Sequence record: OR498728.1
Reading direction: 5' to 3' (one strand)
Length of the DNA stretch: 64,000 bases
From: Escherichia phage ZX4221
Below, piece after piece: positions 24,293-34,405 of this stretch. Numbering within the stretch: position 1 is the stretch's first letter; each line of letters starts with the position of its first letter. The notes below the pieces were generated by a model. The model was not told the origin of the DNA, made no database searches, and was given only the letters and a program-made list of their open reading frames with translations. The position numbers and the translations under genes are program-made.

Positions 24293-26992
24293 TTAGTGTA
24301 CTTCAAGCCAGCTTTTGCCAACCTTACCAGTACCTGTAACAAGCGTTTCTTTCTTAAGACCTAAGTTTTTAGAAGCTTGTCCATAATACCAGTCAGTAAC
24401 TGCTTTCACATCTGCCGTCATACTCTCTGGACATTCCCAACTCGTCTCGTCGTGATATGCGCAGAGCAAACGAGCACCAATAGCTGGTTGACGACCATTC
24501 AACTTCATCAAACCTTCGTCAATCATACGACGACAAGCAAGGTTAATCGCCTCATTTTGAATCTGAGCCTCTGAACCCATTAGCAAATAATTCAATAACT
24601 TATGTGGAGATTTACACCACAACCAAGCTCCAGCAACCCTTACAAAACCCCCTTTAGAGATTGCAGCAGTTTTACCAAACACCTCTTCAAGTGCCTTTTT
24701 AGTTGCTTTGTAGTCAGCTTCCAAGTCATCTAGCAACTTCTTAATTTTAGGCAAACGAATAAAGTAAGTCTGTTTAGTCAGTGCACCTTCCTGAGTAGTT
24801 GCAGCTTTAATCGTCTTAGCAAACTTCTCATCACCTGCACCGAACAGTAGTGCATAGATACCATTCTTAGCTTTCTTACGGCCCTTGCTAATCTCATGGA
24901 GAAGGTTCTCATCCTGAGTAGCTCGACAAGTCAAGATATCCTGCTCATCATTCAAGCTAAAGTAAATACTGTTCAGTGTGTGTGCATCAGTCCCTGAATA
25001 GACAACGTAAAGGTCGTTCTCAGAGTCATAGCGAAGGTACTTATCAATCTCTGGGTTGAGGTACTCATCAAAGTGTTTGCAGTAATAGCGTCCATCTTCT
25101 TGACGAATAAACTCAATCTCTTCTTTACCTTGCGTTACCGCTTTGGTGAAGTCTTTGTCACCCATAAAGTTACAAAGAAGAACTAGCTGGGCTGAGTTCA
25201 TGTCTACAGAGACAACGTTAGTACCTTCCTCACAAATCCATACTGCCCTCATTGGTTCCCCATAGACAGCAGCACCAGACGGTACGTTTACAATACCATA
25301 CTGTGTCATACGTCCAGTTGAAGTACCAAATACCATTGCACCAGCACTAAGGCGACCATCTGGACGAATCTGGTTCAACCAACCTTTTTCATCATCCTTT
25401 GAGTTCTCAATAGTTCTGCGTCGGTGCATCAAGGTATAGTACTTAGCAATCTTCTGTCCAAGCTCACCTTCAATCGTATCATAAGATGATTCAGTAAGTT
25501 TTGGTGAAGTACGGATTAAGCAAGGCTCAAGCAAATCTGTGTACTTCTTCACAGACCAGTTATGCTCAATGTATTGGACACCTTCATGTTCAACATAACT
25601 CAAACCACACCGTTCAACCATCTCCTGCCACTTAGGATGCTTGGTAATCATCTTTTTGTTGTCTTTGAAACGACAAACCTTAACAGGACGACCATCTGAG
25701 TCTTTCTTGTAGTTCCAGTCATCTGGAATCCAACCAACTGATTTCAAGTAGTCTTTAACAACTGCTACCTGAGTCATACGAGAAACTTCGAACTCAATTG
25801 GTGTATATGGTGCATCAATCAAACCTGTGTAGCGACTTGACTCAAGTTCAAAGTGGTTAACAACATGACTGTTATAGTACTTCACAGTCTTAACTGTTTT
25901 TACTGGCTTCCAGTCTTTGCACTTCTTACCAATCTTTGCATTCAACTCATTGCAAATTGCACGAGCATCCTTCATTGCTACAAAACCTTCCTTGTACTCT
26001 TCACCAGTTACAGAGTTGGTTGGGGTATAGCAATTCCGCTTTTCAATGTTAAAAATCTTGGTAGTTGGTTTACCAAATGGCTTGATTTCATATGTCTGCA
26101 TCTCACCGTTACGTACCTGTTGACGATACTTTGTCTTAGGGTACTTGGTAATTCTTTTCAGTCCATCTGCATGACCAAACGCTTCAACATACTCATTCCA
26201 AGCTTTTGCAAACTCTTCTCCAGTAACTTTACCTTTGGTTTTAATAGTTGGAGGAAGATGTGGTTCAACTTCTGAAGCAAGCTCATTAGTCAACTTGTCA
26301 AGTTCCTTTACATGGAACTCCATAAGCTCTTTATCAGCTTTCCAACCATTGATAGCCTGTTGACTCATCCAGAAAGATGTTTCTTTAGCTCGCATGTAGG
26401 TTTCATAAGTATCTACGCCACACTTCTTCAGCTTGAGATATTCATTATCCAGTGCACGTTTAGTTTTGGCGTTAATACGAATATCCTCTACGACACGAGT
26501 GAAGATTTCTGCATTCCACACACCCCAATGTTCAATCTCTGGTTTACGTACACCAACACGAGCACCCCATGCTGCCAAGCCATGAGCACCTTTATAGCCC
26601 TTTGGAGTTGGTCTATCCATCCACTGAACACGAGACTGGATAAGAGAATCCTGAAAGAAATTACTCCACGGCTTACACTTTGGATTATCAAAGTTCCATA
26701 AATCAGGTGCAATGTGATTGAAAACCCACCAGTCATAACCCAGACCATTATGGATGCAAAGTCGTTTTGCCTTTAACGCAAACTCAATACCTTCACGCAA
26801 ACCACCCTTGATGTACTTGGTGTATTTGTGACCGAGGATAGGCTCATCTGTAAAGACCCATACAGGTGGCTCTTCATCGTCAGATTTATAGTCTGCGAAA
26901 GCCATTACGTGCACTTTAGTGAACTCAAGGAGTAAACCATCAGTTTCTGTATCACCAACTAAATGTAAGTTTTTAAAATCTACGTTTTCCAT
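24293..26992 (-). CDS. DNA polymerase, family A, with 3'-5' exonuclease domain
   Basis: Exo I-like DTETDGL; motif A-like VDMNSAQLVLL; motif B-like RKKAKNGIYALLFGAG; motif C-like YHDE; start placed at ATG 26992 with GAGGGAG RBS. Confidence 0.8.
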   Translation of the reverse strand: MENVDFKNLHLVGDTETDGLLLEFTKVHVMAFADYKSDDEEPPVWVFTDEPILGHKYTKYIKGGLREGIEFALKAKRLCIHNGLGYDWWVFNHIAPDLWNFDNPKCKPWSNFFQDSLIQSRVQWMDRPTPKGYKGAHGLAAWGARVGVRKPEIEHWGVWNAEIFTRVVEDIRINAKTKRALDNEYLKLKKCGVDTYETYMRAKETSFWMSQQAINGWKADKELMEFHVKELDKLTNELASEVEPHLPPTIKTKGKVTGEEFAKAWNEYVEAFGHADGLKRITKYPKTKYRQQVRNGEMQTYEIKPFGKPTTKIFNIEKRNCYTPTNSVTGEEYKEGFVAMKDARAICNELNAKIGKKCKDWKPVKTVKTVKYYNSHVVNHFELESSRYTGLIDAPYTPIEFEVSRMTQVAVVKDYLKSVGWIPDDWNYKKDSDGRPVKVCRFKDNKKMITKHPKWQEMVERCGLSYVEHEGVQYIEHNWSVKKYTDLLEPCLIRTSPKLTESSYDTIEGELGQKIAKYYTLMHRRRTIENSKDDEKGWLNQIRPDGRLSAGAMVFGTSTGRMTQYGIVNVPSGAAVYGEPMRAVWICEEGTNVVSVDMNSAQLVLLCNFMGDKDFTKAVTQGKEEIEFIRQEDGRYYCKHFDEYLNPEIDKYLRYDSENDLYVVYSGTDAHTLNSIYFSLNDEQDILTCRATQDENLLHEISKGRKKAKNGIYALLFGAGDEKFAKTIKAATTQEGALTKQTYFIRLPKIKKLLDDLEADYKATKKALEEVFGKTAAISKGGFVRVAGAWLWCKSPHKLLNYLLMGSEAQIQNEAINLACRRMIDEGLMKLNGRQPAIGARLLCAYHDETSWECPESMTADVKAVTDWYYGQASKNLGLKKETLVTGTGKVGKSWLEVH

Positions 26993-27187
26993 TTTTACTC
27001 CCTCTAAAATCATTAACCTCATACATTACTGCAAAAAATTATAAAAAGCAAGTTGACAATGTACTTGACAAGGTGTTAATCTTTGCGAAGTGGGTTTTTA
27101 CTTAAAAGGTTACTTAACAGTTTAACTATACAGATACTTTAAAACTCTTAAAAGATTATTTAATAGCTTTTAAAAAGCTTTAAAGTA

Positions 27188-27206
27188 TAACGTATAGAAT
27201 ACGTTA
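27188..27206. promoter_or_regulatory. perfect 8 bp inverted repeat (operator-like) in divergent intergenic region
   Basis: TAACGTAT-AGA-ATACGTTA; neighbouring near-palindrome AGCTTTTAAAAAGCT; AT-rich region with TTGACA boxes at 27053 and 27065. Confidence 0.4.
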
Positions 27207-27249
27207 AGATAAAAGATTAAAACTTAATAGTTACTTAAAAGAGGCTTAC

Positions 27250-27672
27250 ATGCAGAAAATGTTTGTTCACCCAGACATAGCTGACTTTGTTAGAGCTTTG
27301 CAGAAGTTGGAAGAACTTGACATTGCTGCTCAACGGGAATATGCTCACCATCACAGGAGAATGGTTGATATACAACATGAAATAGAGTTGTCTGAAAACT
27401 ATGAAGATGACTTAAAATGCTCTGTATTTGAGCATATGAAAGATGTTGCTACAGCGAGACGTAAAGCTAAAGACACAGTTGCTTTACTAGATTCTCTTAA
27501 AAAGAGGTTGCAAAGTGGTACAGACCTGTGTAATCTAGCGTCACTGATTAATGATGTTGAAACTTCTTGGGATAGACATTACTATCCACGTTCTGAAAAG
27601 ACACTTGACTTTTCTTCATCCGAAAACTTAAAATGTTCTAGAAAGAAACTTAACCAACTGAGAGAGAAATAA
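27250..27672 (+). CDS. hypothetical protein
   Basis: 140 aa, first gene of plus-strand block. Confidence 0.35.
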   Translation: MQKMFVHPDIADFVRALQKLEELDIAAQREYAHHHRRMVDIQHEIELSENYEDDLKCSVFEHMKDVATARRKAKDTVALLDSLKKRLQSGTDLCNLASLINDVETSWDRHYYPRSEKTLDFSSSENLKCSRKKLNQLREK

Positions 27673-27673
27673 T

Positions 27674-28486
27674 ATGAACACTACTGTAGACCAAATGCTT
27701 AAAGAAAAAGGTATTGACGAAGCATTCTTAATCAATGCCGTAGAAAGCATGGCTATGATTCTTCGTGGAAACAACTACACAGAACGGTTTATGCCTGCAA
27801 GCTATAACTTGCCTAAAGACAAGTCTGATAACGGTGCTTTTGCAGAACAGGTTAACATGATGTTGACAGACACTTCACTAGCTCTGGCATCTATCGCTGT
27901 TGGTGTTGACGCACTTGCTGAGTTCATTTTTTATGAAATGCAAAAGAATGACTATATCAGGATGTCAGACGAAAATAAAGAGCTGTTGCTGACTCAGGAT
28001 AATGATTCCCTTATTGATACAATCATTGCATCAACAAGTGCTGTTATGGCTGCTCTTGAGAAGCGCATGGAAGAGAAGCTTTCACGATATGAAAAGTTTG
28101 ATTGGGGTGTAGAAGAGTTAACCCCACGAATCAGAGAGATTATCCAGCAAACTAAAGAGTCTTTAGCAGAAGCTGTGAAAGATGATTCTGTAGCTGATGT
28201 AGAACCACTACAGGTGAAGGTCGCTCTGATGATTCCAGCTATTTCTACAATGATGAATATCGTTGCACTAATCCAACTTGCTCAGATGTTGGGTGTAACC
28301 ATTGAGTTCGTTGAGGAGATGACTGGTGGTGTCAGTATGCAAGCAATCAATGATGTTTTGGTAAACATTGGTGCTTCAATCATTGAAGAGAAGCTTCGCA
28401 TTCACTTTGGTGACGATTTTGTGAAGCAAGTCTCAGCTATGGCTGAAAAAGAGCACTCACAAATTACTAGTGAACAACTTCACTAA
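27674..28486 (+). CDS. hypothetical protein
   Basis: 270 aa. Confidence 0.35.
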   Translation: MNTTVDQMLKEKGIDEAFLINAVESMAMILRGNNYTERFMPASYNLPKDKSDNGAFAEQVNMMLTDTSLALASIAVGVDALAEFIFYEMQKNDYIRMSDENKELLLTQDNDSLIDTIIASTSAVMAALEKRMEEKLSRYEKFDWGVEELTPRIREIIQQTKESLAEAVKDDSVADVEPLQVKVALMIPAISTMMNIVALIQLAQMLGVTIEFVEEMTGGVSMQAINDVLVNIGASIIEEKLRIHFGDDFVKQVSAMAEKEHSQITSEQLH

Positions 28487-28503
28487 GCATTTATAAATCT
28501 TAC

Positions 28504-28528
28504 AAGCCTCCTTAATTGGGGGCTTTTT
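28504..28528 (+). terminator. terminator-like hairpin
   Basis: AAGCCTCC-TTAATT-GGGGGCTT then TTTT (one mismatch). Confidence 0.4.
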
Positions 28529-28546
28529 AGTAATTAAGGGGATAAA

Positions 28547-29290
28547 ATGAGTAATATTATTGCGTTTACTGGGAAGGCACGTTCTGGAAAAGATACCTCA
28601 TGTTCTATTGTTAAGAATATCTTAGAAGATGAGTATGGCTACAATGTTGCAGTAATGGCCTATGCAGACAATCTTAAGCTGTCTGCATCAAAGATATTTG
28701 ACTTGACATGGAATGACCTGTACGGTGAAACTAAAGAGACTCCACAGGTTTTTGATTTATCATACTCTGAACTGATGTTCAAAGTTACAGAAGCTATGGA
28801 GTTCACCTTCAGAGATGAACGTTACCATATGGACTTTAAGCTTATGTCGGAGTTAACCGGACGATTAATCATGGAACTTAAGAAGGTTGCTAAGCCAACT
28901 CTATTGACACGTCTGGGATTTAGCAAGAAGTATAAATTCTCATCAAGACAAATTCAACAGATTTGGGGCACTGAAGTAATACGTAAAGTTATGGGTGACA
29001 AATTCTGGGCTAAAGACCTTGAAAAAAGAATGGTAAACTTCTTTGACGTTTGCTCACTTAGGAATCAAGAAGGTGTTGTTTTAATCAGTGACTTAAGGTT
29101 TGACTCTGAAGCTGAGTGGCTGAGTAGATTTGCACACCAGATTATTGAAGTAAAAAGAGACAATGTGGACAAGGTTTCATCACATGTTTCAGAAAATGGA
29201 ATTTCTACTAAATATGCGCGTGACATTATCCATAATAATGGTACTCTTGCAGACCTTGAAAGTAAGCTGAGAGCTATCCTGAAAATTTAA
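28547..29290 (+). CDS. deoxynucleoside monophosphate kinase (T4 gp1-like)
   Basis: P-loop FTGKARSGKDT at N-terminus and C-terminal resemblance to T4 dNMP kinase as recalled. Confidence 0.65.
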   Translation: MSNIIAFTGKARSGKDTSCSIVKNILEDEYGYNVAVMAYADNLKLSASKIFDLTWNDLYGETKETPQVFDLSYSELMFKVTEAMEFTFRDERYHMDFKLMSELTGRLIMELKKVAKPTLLTRLGFSKKYKFSSRQIQQIWGTEVIRKVMGDKFWAKDLEKRMVNFFDVCSLRNQEGVVLISDLRFDSEAEWLSRFAHQIIEVKRDNVDKVSSHVSENGISTKYARDIIHNNGTLADLESKLRAILKI

Positions 29291-29298
29291 AAGAGAGA

Positions 29299-29499
29299 AT
29301 GAAGATGAGAGTAAAAGATAATTTTAAGGTTATTGACCATCGTTTAGTGGAACTCTCATCTCTTTCCAATGAGGTAATGATTGAACGTCTTAAGAGAGTT
29401 GAATCACGAAGGAAAGAGATTGCAGATGAGATTCATGAACTGGACAAGATTGAAAATGGATTGAAGGCAGAACTACAACGAAGAGGTGCTAATGTCTAA
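29299..29499 (+). CDS. small coiled-coil protein (hypothetical)
   Basis: 66 aa. Confidence 0.3.
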   Translation: MKMRVKDNFKVIDHRLVELSSLSNEVMIERLKRVESRRKEIADEIHELDKIENGLKAELQRRGANV

Positions 29500-31477
29500 A
29501 GGTCGTAAATTGAAAGAGGCTGGTCAGTTTATTGGTCATTGTGCATGTCCACGTTGTGGTTCATCAGATGCTGGTTCAATCTACCATCATGACGATGATT
29601 CTTATTCAATGACTTGCTTTAGCTGTAACAAAGGTTTCCCAGAGTGGGATTTTGATAAAGGACAAATCGTGAGCACTTATTCTACTGGTTCAGATAATAA
29701 AAACCGTACTTTCCGTGGAATGGATTTAGACGATGTAAAAGAAAACCTAGAAGCAATGGACTTGAAAGATAGGAAGATTCCTGCAAAAGTCCTTGAACGT
29801 TTAGGTATCAAGGTTGACATTGATAGTGACGGTGAAATTGATGCACATTTCTATCCAACTTACAAACGTAATGAAGATGGCAAACTAGAACATGTTGGTT
29901 ATCGTGTTCGTCACCGTTACCCAGAAGACCATCCAAAAGAACACCTACGTGGTAAGTTAAAAGACTTTTCAGGTGGTGTTGGAGATATTAAAGGTGAACT
30001 GGCAATGTTCGGTTCATGGATTGCTCCAGAAGGTGGGAACCGACTGTTCATCTGGGAAGGTGAGATGGAATGTGCGACAGCTATCTACATGACTTCTTTG
30101 GCGATTAAAGATAAGTCTCGTCGTAAGAATTACTGTCACGTATCTGTTCCATCAGGTGCAAACATTAAGTCTATCAAAGACAACTATCAGTACATCACAT
30201 CATTTGATGAGATTTACTTGTGCTTTGATAACGATGAAGCAGGTGCTAAAGCTACCAAAGAGGCGGCTGGTATCCTACCTATTGAGAAGGTTCGTTTGTT
30301 CCAGTATCCAGAAGGTGTAAAAGACCTTAACGAATGGTGGACAAAGTTCTATAAAGAGAAAGACACAGTTCTGGAAGGATTTAAACAGCGTATCTACAAC
30401 GCACCTCGTTACTGCCCTGCTGGTATCAAGAACTTTGCAGATGGTTTTGAGGCAATGAAGAATCGTGGTCAGATTCCATTGATTCCTTTCCCAGAATCTT
30501 TCGGGGATTTGAACAGGTTGACTTATGGTGGTTATGGTTTAGGTGAGATTACAACTCTGGCAGCACCATCTTCAGTAGGTAAATCAGCATACACCCGTGA
30601 AATGATTTACACTGCTTGGAAGGAAACCGATTACAATATTGGTGTAATTCCAGTTGAAGATACCTATGAAGAGTTGATGGAGATGCTCTGTGCAATCCAC
30701 CTGAGCAAGCAGATTTCTGAGATTCCTTATGACGAACGTGATTGGGATGAATTAAAGGAAGCACACGCAGAACTATCTAAAGGTCGTCGTATCCACATCG
30801 TAGACCATCAAGGGGCAATTGACCAAGATAACCTGCTGGAATTTGTTGACTATCTTGTTAACAGTTTAGACTGTAAGATTATTATTCTTGACCCTATTAC
30901 GTTGGCTCTGTCACGTTCAGATACGGATGAAGAGGAAGTTTTGTCTGAACTATTGCGTCGTTGCAAACGCTACCAGTATGCACAGGTTAACGTCTGTCAC
31001 GTTCGTAAGAGTGCAGGTGGTCAGAAAGCTAACTCTGAAGGTGGGGATATTTCTGAAGAGGATATCAAGGGTTCTGGTGCATACTTCCAGATTTCCATGA
31101 ACAACATTCTGTTAATGCGTAACAAGGTTGACCCAGACCCTGTTAAGAAAAACTTGACAAAAATCAAGTTAACTAAGTGTCGTCGTCATGGTAAGTCAAC
31201 AGGTATTGCTGGACACACTTGGTACAATCCAGATACAGGCCGCCTTATCAAAGCTTCTGGATGTGGTGTTGACATTGATGGTGCAGCAGAAAATATCCGT
31301 CAACAGTTTGGCATTGGTGAAGCTGAAGACCATTACGATGACTCTTTACCTCATTATGAGGATGAAGTGTTTGACCGTGAGACTGGTGAAGTCTATACTG
31401 AAGAACAGCGTCAAAGCTCAACGATTCCACCTGTATTAAGTGAGGATGCAGATGACTGCCCGTTCGAAACTGAGTGA
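29486..31477 (+). CDS. DNA primase-helicase (T7 gp4-like)
   Basis: N-terminal Zn-binding CACPRCG...CFSCNKG; TOPRIM-like LCFDNDEAG; Walker A AAPSSVGKSAY. Confidence 0.8.
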   Translation: MLMSKGRKLKEAGQFIGHCACPRCGSSDAGSIYHHDDDSYSMTCFSCNKGFPEWDFDKGQIVSTYSTGSDNKNRTFRGMDLDDVKENLEAMDLKDRKIPAKVLERLGIKVDIDSDGEIDAHFYPTYKRNEDGKLEHVGYRVRHRYPEDHPKEHLRGKLKDFSGGVGDIKGELAMFGSWIAPEGGNRLFIWEGEMECATAIYMTSLAIKDKSRRKNYCHVSVPSGANIKSIKDNYQYITSFDEIYLCFDNDEAGAKATKEAAGILPIEKVRLFQYPEGVKDLNEWWTKFYKEKDTVLEGFKQRIYNAPRYCPAGIKNFADGFEAMKNRGQIPLIPFPESFGDLNRLTYGGYGLGEITTLAAPSSVGKSAYTREMIYTAWKETDYNIGVIPVEDTYEELMEMLCAIHLSKQISEIPYDERDWDELKEAHAELSKGRRIHIVDHQGAIDQDNLLEFVDYLVNSLDCKIIILDPITLALSRSDTDEEEVLSELLRRCKRYQYAQVNVCHVRKSAGGQKANSEGGDISEEDIKGSGAYFQISMNNILLMRNKVDPDPVKKNLTKIKLTKCRRHGKSTGIAGHTWYNPDTGRLIKASGCGVDIDGAAENIRQQFGIGEAEDHYDDSLPHYEDEVFDRETGEVYTEEQRQSSTIPPVLSEDADDCPFETE

Positions 31478-31547
31478 TAGTTATAAAAGAGAGGGGTTCA
31501 TACCCTTCTTTGAAGAAAAAAGTTTAAATAAATTTCAGGAAGAGTGT

Positions 31548-31576
31548 TTGACAAAGATTGATAGGTTCTATAGAAT
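31548..31576 (+). promoter_or_regulatory. sigma70-like promoter (TTGACA-17-TAGAAT)
   Basis: TTGACA 31548-31553, 17 nt spacer, TAGAAT 31571-31576. Confidence 0.5.
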
Positions 31577-31729
31577 GCTCCTCATGAAATGCGATGGGGA
31601 GGTTGCTATAAAAGAAGACTCCTACCAAAGCACGATTACAGTCATCATTACACTGCCTCAGCATAATATTAGTTGGCTGTTTATAATTAAAGAAAATGTG
31701 TTTGAATATCAAGTATATCGGAGAATATC

Positions 31730-31879
31730 ATGAAACACTCTAAAGCATTTGAAAAAGTTTTTGGGGATTCCTTAAAAGCCACTGCTGGCAAACCAGCAAA
31801 ATACTATGAAGAGAAGCGTGTAAGAACTGGAAAAACTGCACGCAAAGCAGCTTCTAAAGATAAGCACAACTTCCAGTAA
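31730..31879 (+). CDS. small basic ORF (49 aa, not in ORF track)
   Basis: MKHSKAFEKVFGDSLK...; GGAG RBS 7 nt upstream. Confidence 0.3.
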   Translation: MKHSKAFEKVFGDSLKATAGKPAKYYEEKRVRTGKTARKAASKDKHNFQ

Positions 31880-31886
31880 TTAATGT

Positions 31887-31915
31887 TTGACAATAGAGTA
31901 TCAACAAATTAGAAT
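31887..31915 (+). promoter_or_regulatory. sigma70-like promoter (TTGACA-17-TAGAAT) upstream of SSB-like gene
   Basis: GTTTGACAA...17 nt...TAGAAT, near-identical to promoter at 31548. Confidence 0.5.
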
Positions 31916-31951
31916 TGGTACTCTTCATAAATTGAGATAGAGGTTTAAATA

Positions 31952-32809
31952 ATGTCTAAAGTTGTTAAAATGAAAGCTCCGGTAGAGAAGTACAATGGTA
32001 CTGAACGTCAAACTCTGCGTTACCTGCTGAAAGATGTTTGGTTTTATTACCTGAACACTTCCCCACGTCCGGGAAAAGGTAAATCCATTGATAAGAAATT
32101 CCCAGGAAAAGACTGCAACTACAGTGTTTCAATTCTGGCAGAAGATGGTAACAAGCTGTTTAAAGAGTTCACTAAGTCTAAGAAAAACCCAGAAGGTTGG
32201 GATAAGGTTACTACTGAAGCAGTTGATGCAGATGACTTCGAAGAGAAGTTTGGTTGCAAACCACCTTTTGAAGCAGACACTTACTACATCTTGAAAGTAA
32301 GTCGTGCAGCAGCTTATAAAGATGGTGCTGTGTGGACAGCTAAACAGTCATTCCCTGTAATGCTGATTGAAGAAGTAAATGGTAAGCGTGTAGCTGTTAA
32401 ACAGCCGATGAAGAAAATCAAAGCTCAAGCATCTGATAAGCATGAAGATGACAAGAACTATGATGTAATTCATCCAGATATTGCAGTTGGTAACGGTTCT
32501 TTTGGTAGTGTGATTCTTTCTACTCACTTCTACACCTTTGAGAACAATGTTCTGACAAAACCTATTCAGGAACAGTTTATCATTGATACACTTGTACCTT
32601 ACACTGGTGGTAATGGTGCTAATGGCGAACCTGAACTGGATGAAGACGAACTGGCTATGCTTGGCCTTGATGGTGTTGAAGATAACGGTGAAATCACTGA
32701 AGAAGATGCAACAGACCACAAACCTTCGAATGATTCTGATGATGGTGACGATGAAGACTTACCAGACCCAGATGACGAAGAAGATGAAGACTTCGATACA
32801 GAAGACTAA
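31952..32809 (+). CDS. single-stranded DNA-binding protein (putative)
   Basis: 285 aa with extremely acidic C-terminal tail DDGDDEDLPDPDDEEDEDFDTED; between helicase and nuclease genes. Confidence 0.5.
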   Translation: MSKVVKMKAPVEKYNGTERQTLRYLLKDVWFYYLNTSPRPGKGKSIDKKFPGKDCNYSVSILAEDGNKLFKEFTKSKKNPEGWDKVTTEAVDADDFEEKFGCKPPFEADTYYILKVSRAAAYKDGAVWTAKQSFPVMLIEEVNGKRVAVKQPMKKIKAQASDKHEDDKNYDVIHPDIAVGNGSFGSVILSTHFYTFENNVLTKPIQEQFIIDTLVPYTGGNGANGEPELDEDELAMLGLDGVEDNGEITEEDATDHKPSNDSDDGDDEDLPDPDDEEDEDFDTED

Positions 32810-32826
32810 TCTCTAAAAGTTACTTT

Positions 32827-32856
32827 AAAGCCCTGTACTTAGTATGGGGCTTTTTC
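32827..32856 (+). terminator. terminator-like hairpin
   Basis: AGCCC...GGGGCT then TTTTT. Confidence 0.45.
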
Positions 32857-32871
32857 ATATGGAGAGTCACA

Positions 32872-33912
32872 ATGGAGAAGTATACGCTAACAAAACTTCC
32901 CGATTCAGTTACACATGTCTTTATTGACTCTGATAGTATTGCCTATAAGGGTGCTTGTGTAGTTGAGAAAGCAAAATATAAATACGTCAATAAACTCACA
33001 GCAGAAGAATCTGAACCATTTGATAATGCAAAAGATGCTGCAAGATGGTTAGCAGACCAGAGAATCCTTGTAGAAGAGCTTGGCCTAACATTTGATGAAG
33101 ATGAATGGGAAAGACAGACTTGGAAAGAAGCTAAGAGTGAAAAAGAAGCTATAATGGCGACTCAGCAGGTTCTTCAGGAATGGCTTAAGGTTGTTGGTAA
33201 AGAAAGAACTTGGGTAGGTTACTTAACAGAGAAGGGTGTACATAAACATAAAGACGTTAAAGGTCTTGAGCACCAATATCAAGGTAACCGTAAAGATGCC
33301 GTCACACCAACACACTTAGTCGCTTGTCGTGAATATCTTTTATCCAGACCAGAGTTCAAACTCTTAAAGGGAGGCTTCGAAGCCGATTCCATCGTAATTG
33401 CTAAAGCTGAAAAGATGGGTAAGAAGGCTGCTCTTATGAGTATTGACAAAGACCTTCGACAAGCTGAAGGTACTTATTGCATTGATATGACTTATGAAAA
33501 GTCACCACTAATTTTTATTGCTGATAATAATGTTGGTGATATCTGGGATTGTCCTATCAAATCAAAACCAAAAGCTGCAAAAACAGTTGGTGTAGGTTTT
33601 AAATTTTTGTGTTATCAGGCTGTTGCTGGAGATAATGCAGATAACTACTTTGGCCTTAAAGGTGCTGGAAAAGTAGCTGTGATGAATGCTTTAGATGGTA
33701 AAGAGACTTATAAAGAGTGTCTTGATGCTATCTATGAACTCTATGCTAAAAAAGAGTCTTATACCTATGTATCGTGGGATGGACAGACTGTTACCAAAAC
33801 ACCATTAGAGTTAATGGAACAGCATTTCTGGATAGCATATCAAGAGAGAAATCCAAAAGATAATTTCTCTTTTAAGAAATATAATTGGGAGCCGTGTATG
33901 AATGAAGATTAA
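32872..33912 (+). CDS. 5'-3' exonuclease / RNase H (FEN-family, T4 RNase H-like)
   Basis: N-terminal VFIDSDSIAYKGA, central acidic cluster ADSIVIAKAEKMG...SIDKD, and GDNADNYFGLKGAGK helix-hairpin-helix-like segment. Confidence 0.6.
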   Translation: MEKYTLTKLPDSVTHVFIDSDSIAYKGACVVEKAKYKYVNKLTAEESEPFDNAKDAARWLADQRILVEELGLTFDEDEWERQTWKEAKSEKEAIMATQQVLQEWLKVVGKERTWVGYLTEKGVHKHKDVKGLEHQYQGNRKDAVTPTHLVACREYLLSRPEFKLLKGGFEADSIVIAKAEKMGKKAALMSIDKDLRQAEGTYCIDMTYEKSPLIFIADNNVGDIWDCPIKSKPKAAKTVGVGFKFLCYQAVAGDNADNYFGLKGAGKVAVMNALDGKETYKECLDAIYELYAKKESYTYVSWDGQTVTKTPLELMEQHFWIAYQERNPKDNFSFKKYNWEPCMNED

Positions 33913-34399
33913 AGGATTTGGCAATTGTCCTACCTATGGTCATTGGGTATCTTTATGTGGGGAAGTTGACCCCACTAAACATTTTGGTTTTGTCTATTTA
34001 GTACACTGTAAGAAAACCGGACAATATTATATTGGAAAGAAACAGCTTAATAGCGTGACCAAAAGAAAAGTTGCTGGCAAGACTCGGAAGAAAGTAGTCA
34101 CTAAGGAGAGTGATTGGATGACTTATGAGACTTCTTCTGAGTATATTAAAAAAGATATTGAGAACTTTGGAAAAGAATTTTTTGACTTTTACATTATCCA
34201 AACCTACTACACGAAAGGTGGTCTAGTTTATGGTGAAGCAAACCTCCAACATAAATTCGATGTAATGACAAAAAGGATTGACTCTAAGCTCAGACTCTTC
34301 TACAATGCCAATATTGCAGCAATTAAGTTTATCACTAAAGAAACTTATGAAGATGCTGAAAAAAGAATCCATAAGGTAATGAAAGCAAATTGTGCTTGA
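33902..34399 (+). CDS. GIY-YIG nuclease-like protein (tentative)
   Basis: GFVYLVHCKKTGQYYIGKK resembles a GIY...YIG module. Confidence 0.35.
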   Translation: MKIKGFGNCPTYGHWVSLCGEVDPTKHFGFVYLVHCKKTGQYYIGKKQLNSVTKRKVAGKTRKKVVTKESDWMTYETSSEYIKKDIENFGKEFFDFYIIQTYYTKGGLVYGEANLQHKFDVMTKRIDSKLRLFYNANIAAIKFITKETYEDAEKRIHKVMKANCA

Positions 34400-34405
34400 T
34401 AACTA

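Noticed and set aside
25853-26748. Plus-strand and minus-strand ORFs inside the DNA polymerase gene
   Set aside because: Antisense to or out of frame with a well-supported 899 aa polymerase ORF; compositionally odd (Leu/Phe-rich) as expected for spurious frames in AT-rich DNA.
31440-31733. 97 aa ORF overlapping the end of the primase-helicase gene
   Set aside because: Contains a near-consensus promoter within it and starts inside the helicase gene; only its 3' part, ending in an ATGA junction with the 49 aa ORF, might be translated. Not annotated as a gene.
32088-32816. Alternative-frame ORFs inside the SSB-like gene
   Set aside because: Embedded in a longer ORF with a strong promoter and a characteristic acidic tail; low-complexity translation.
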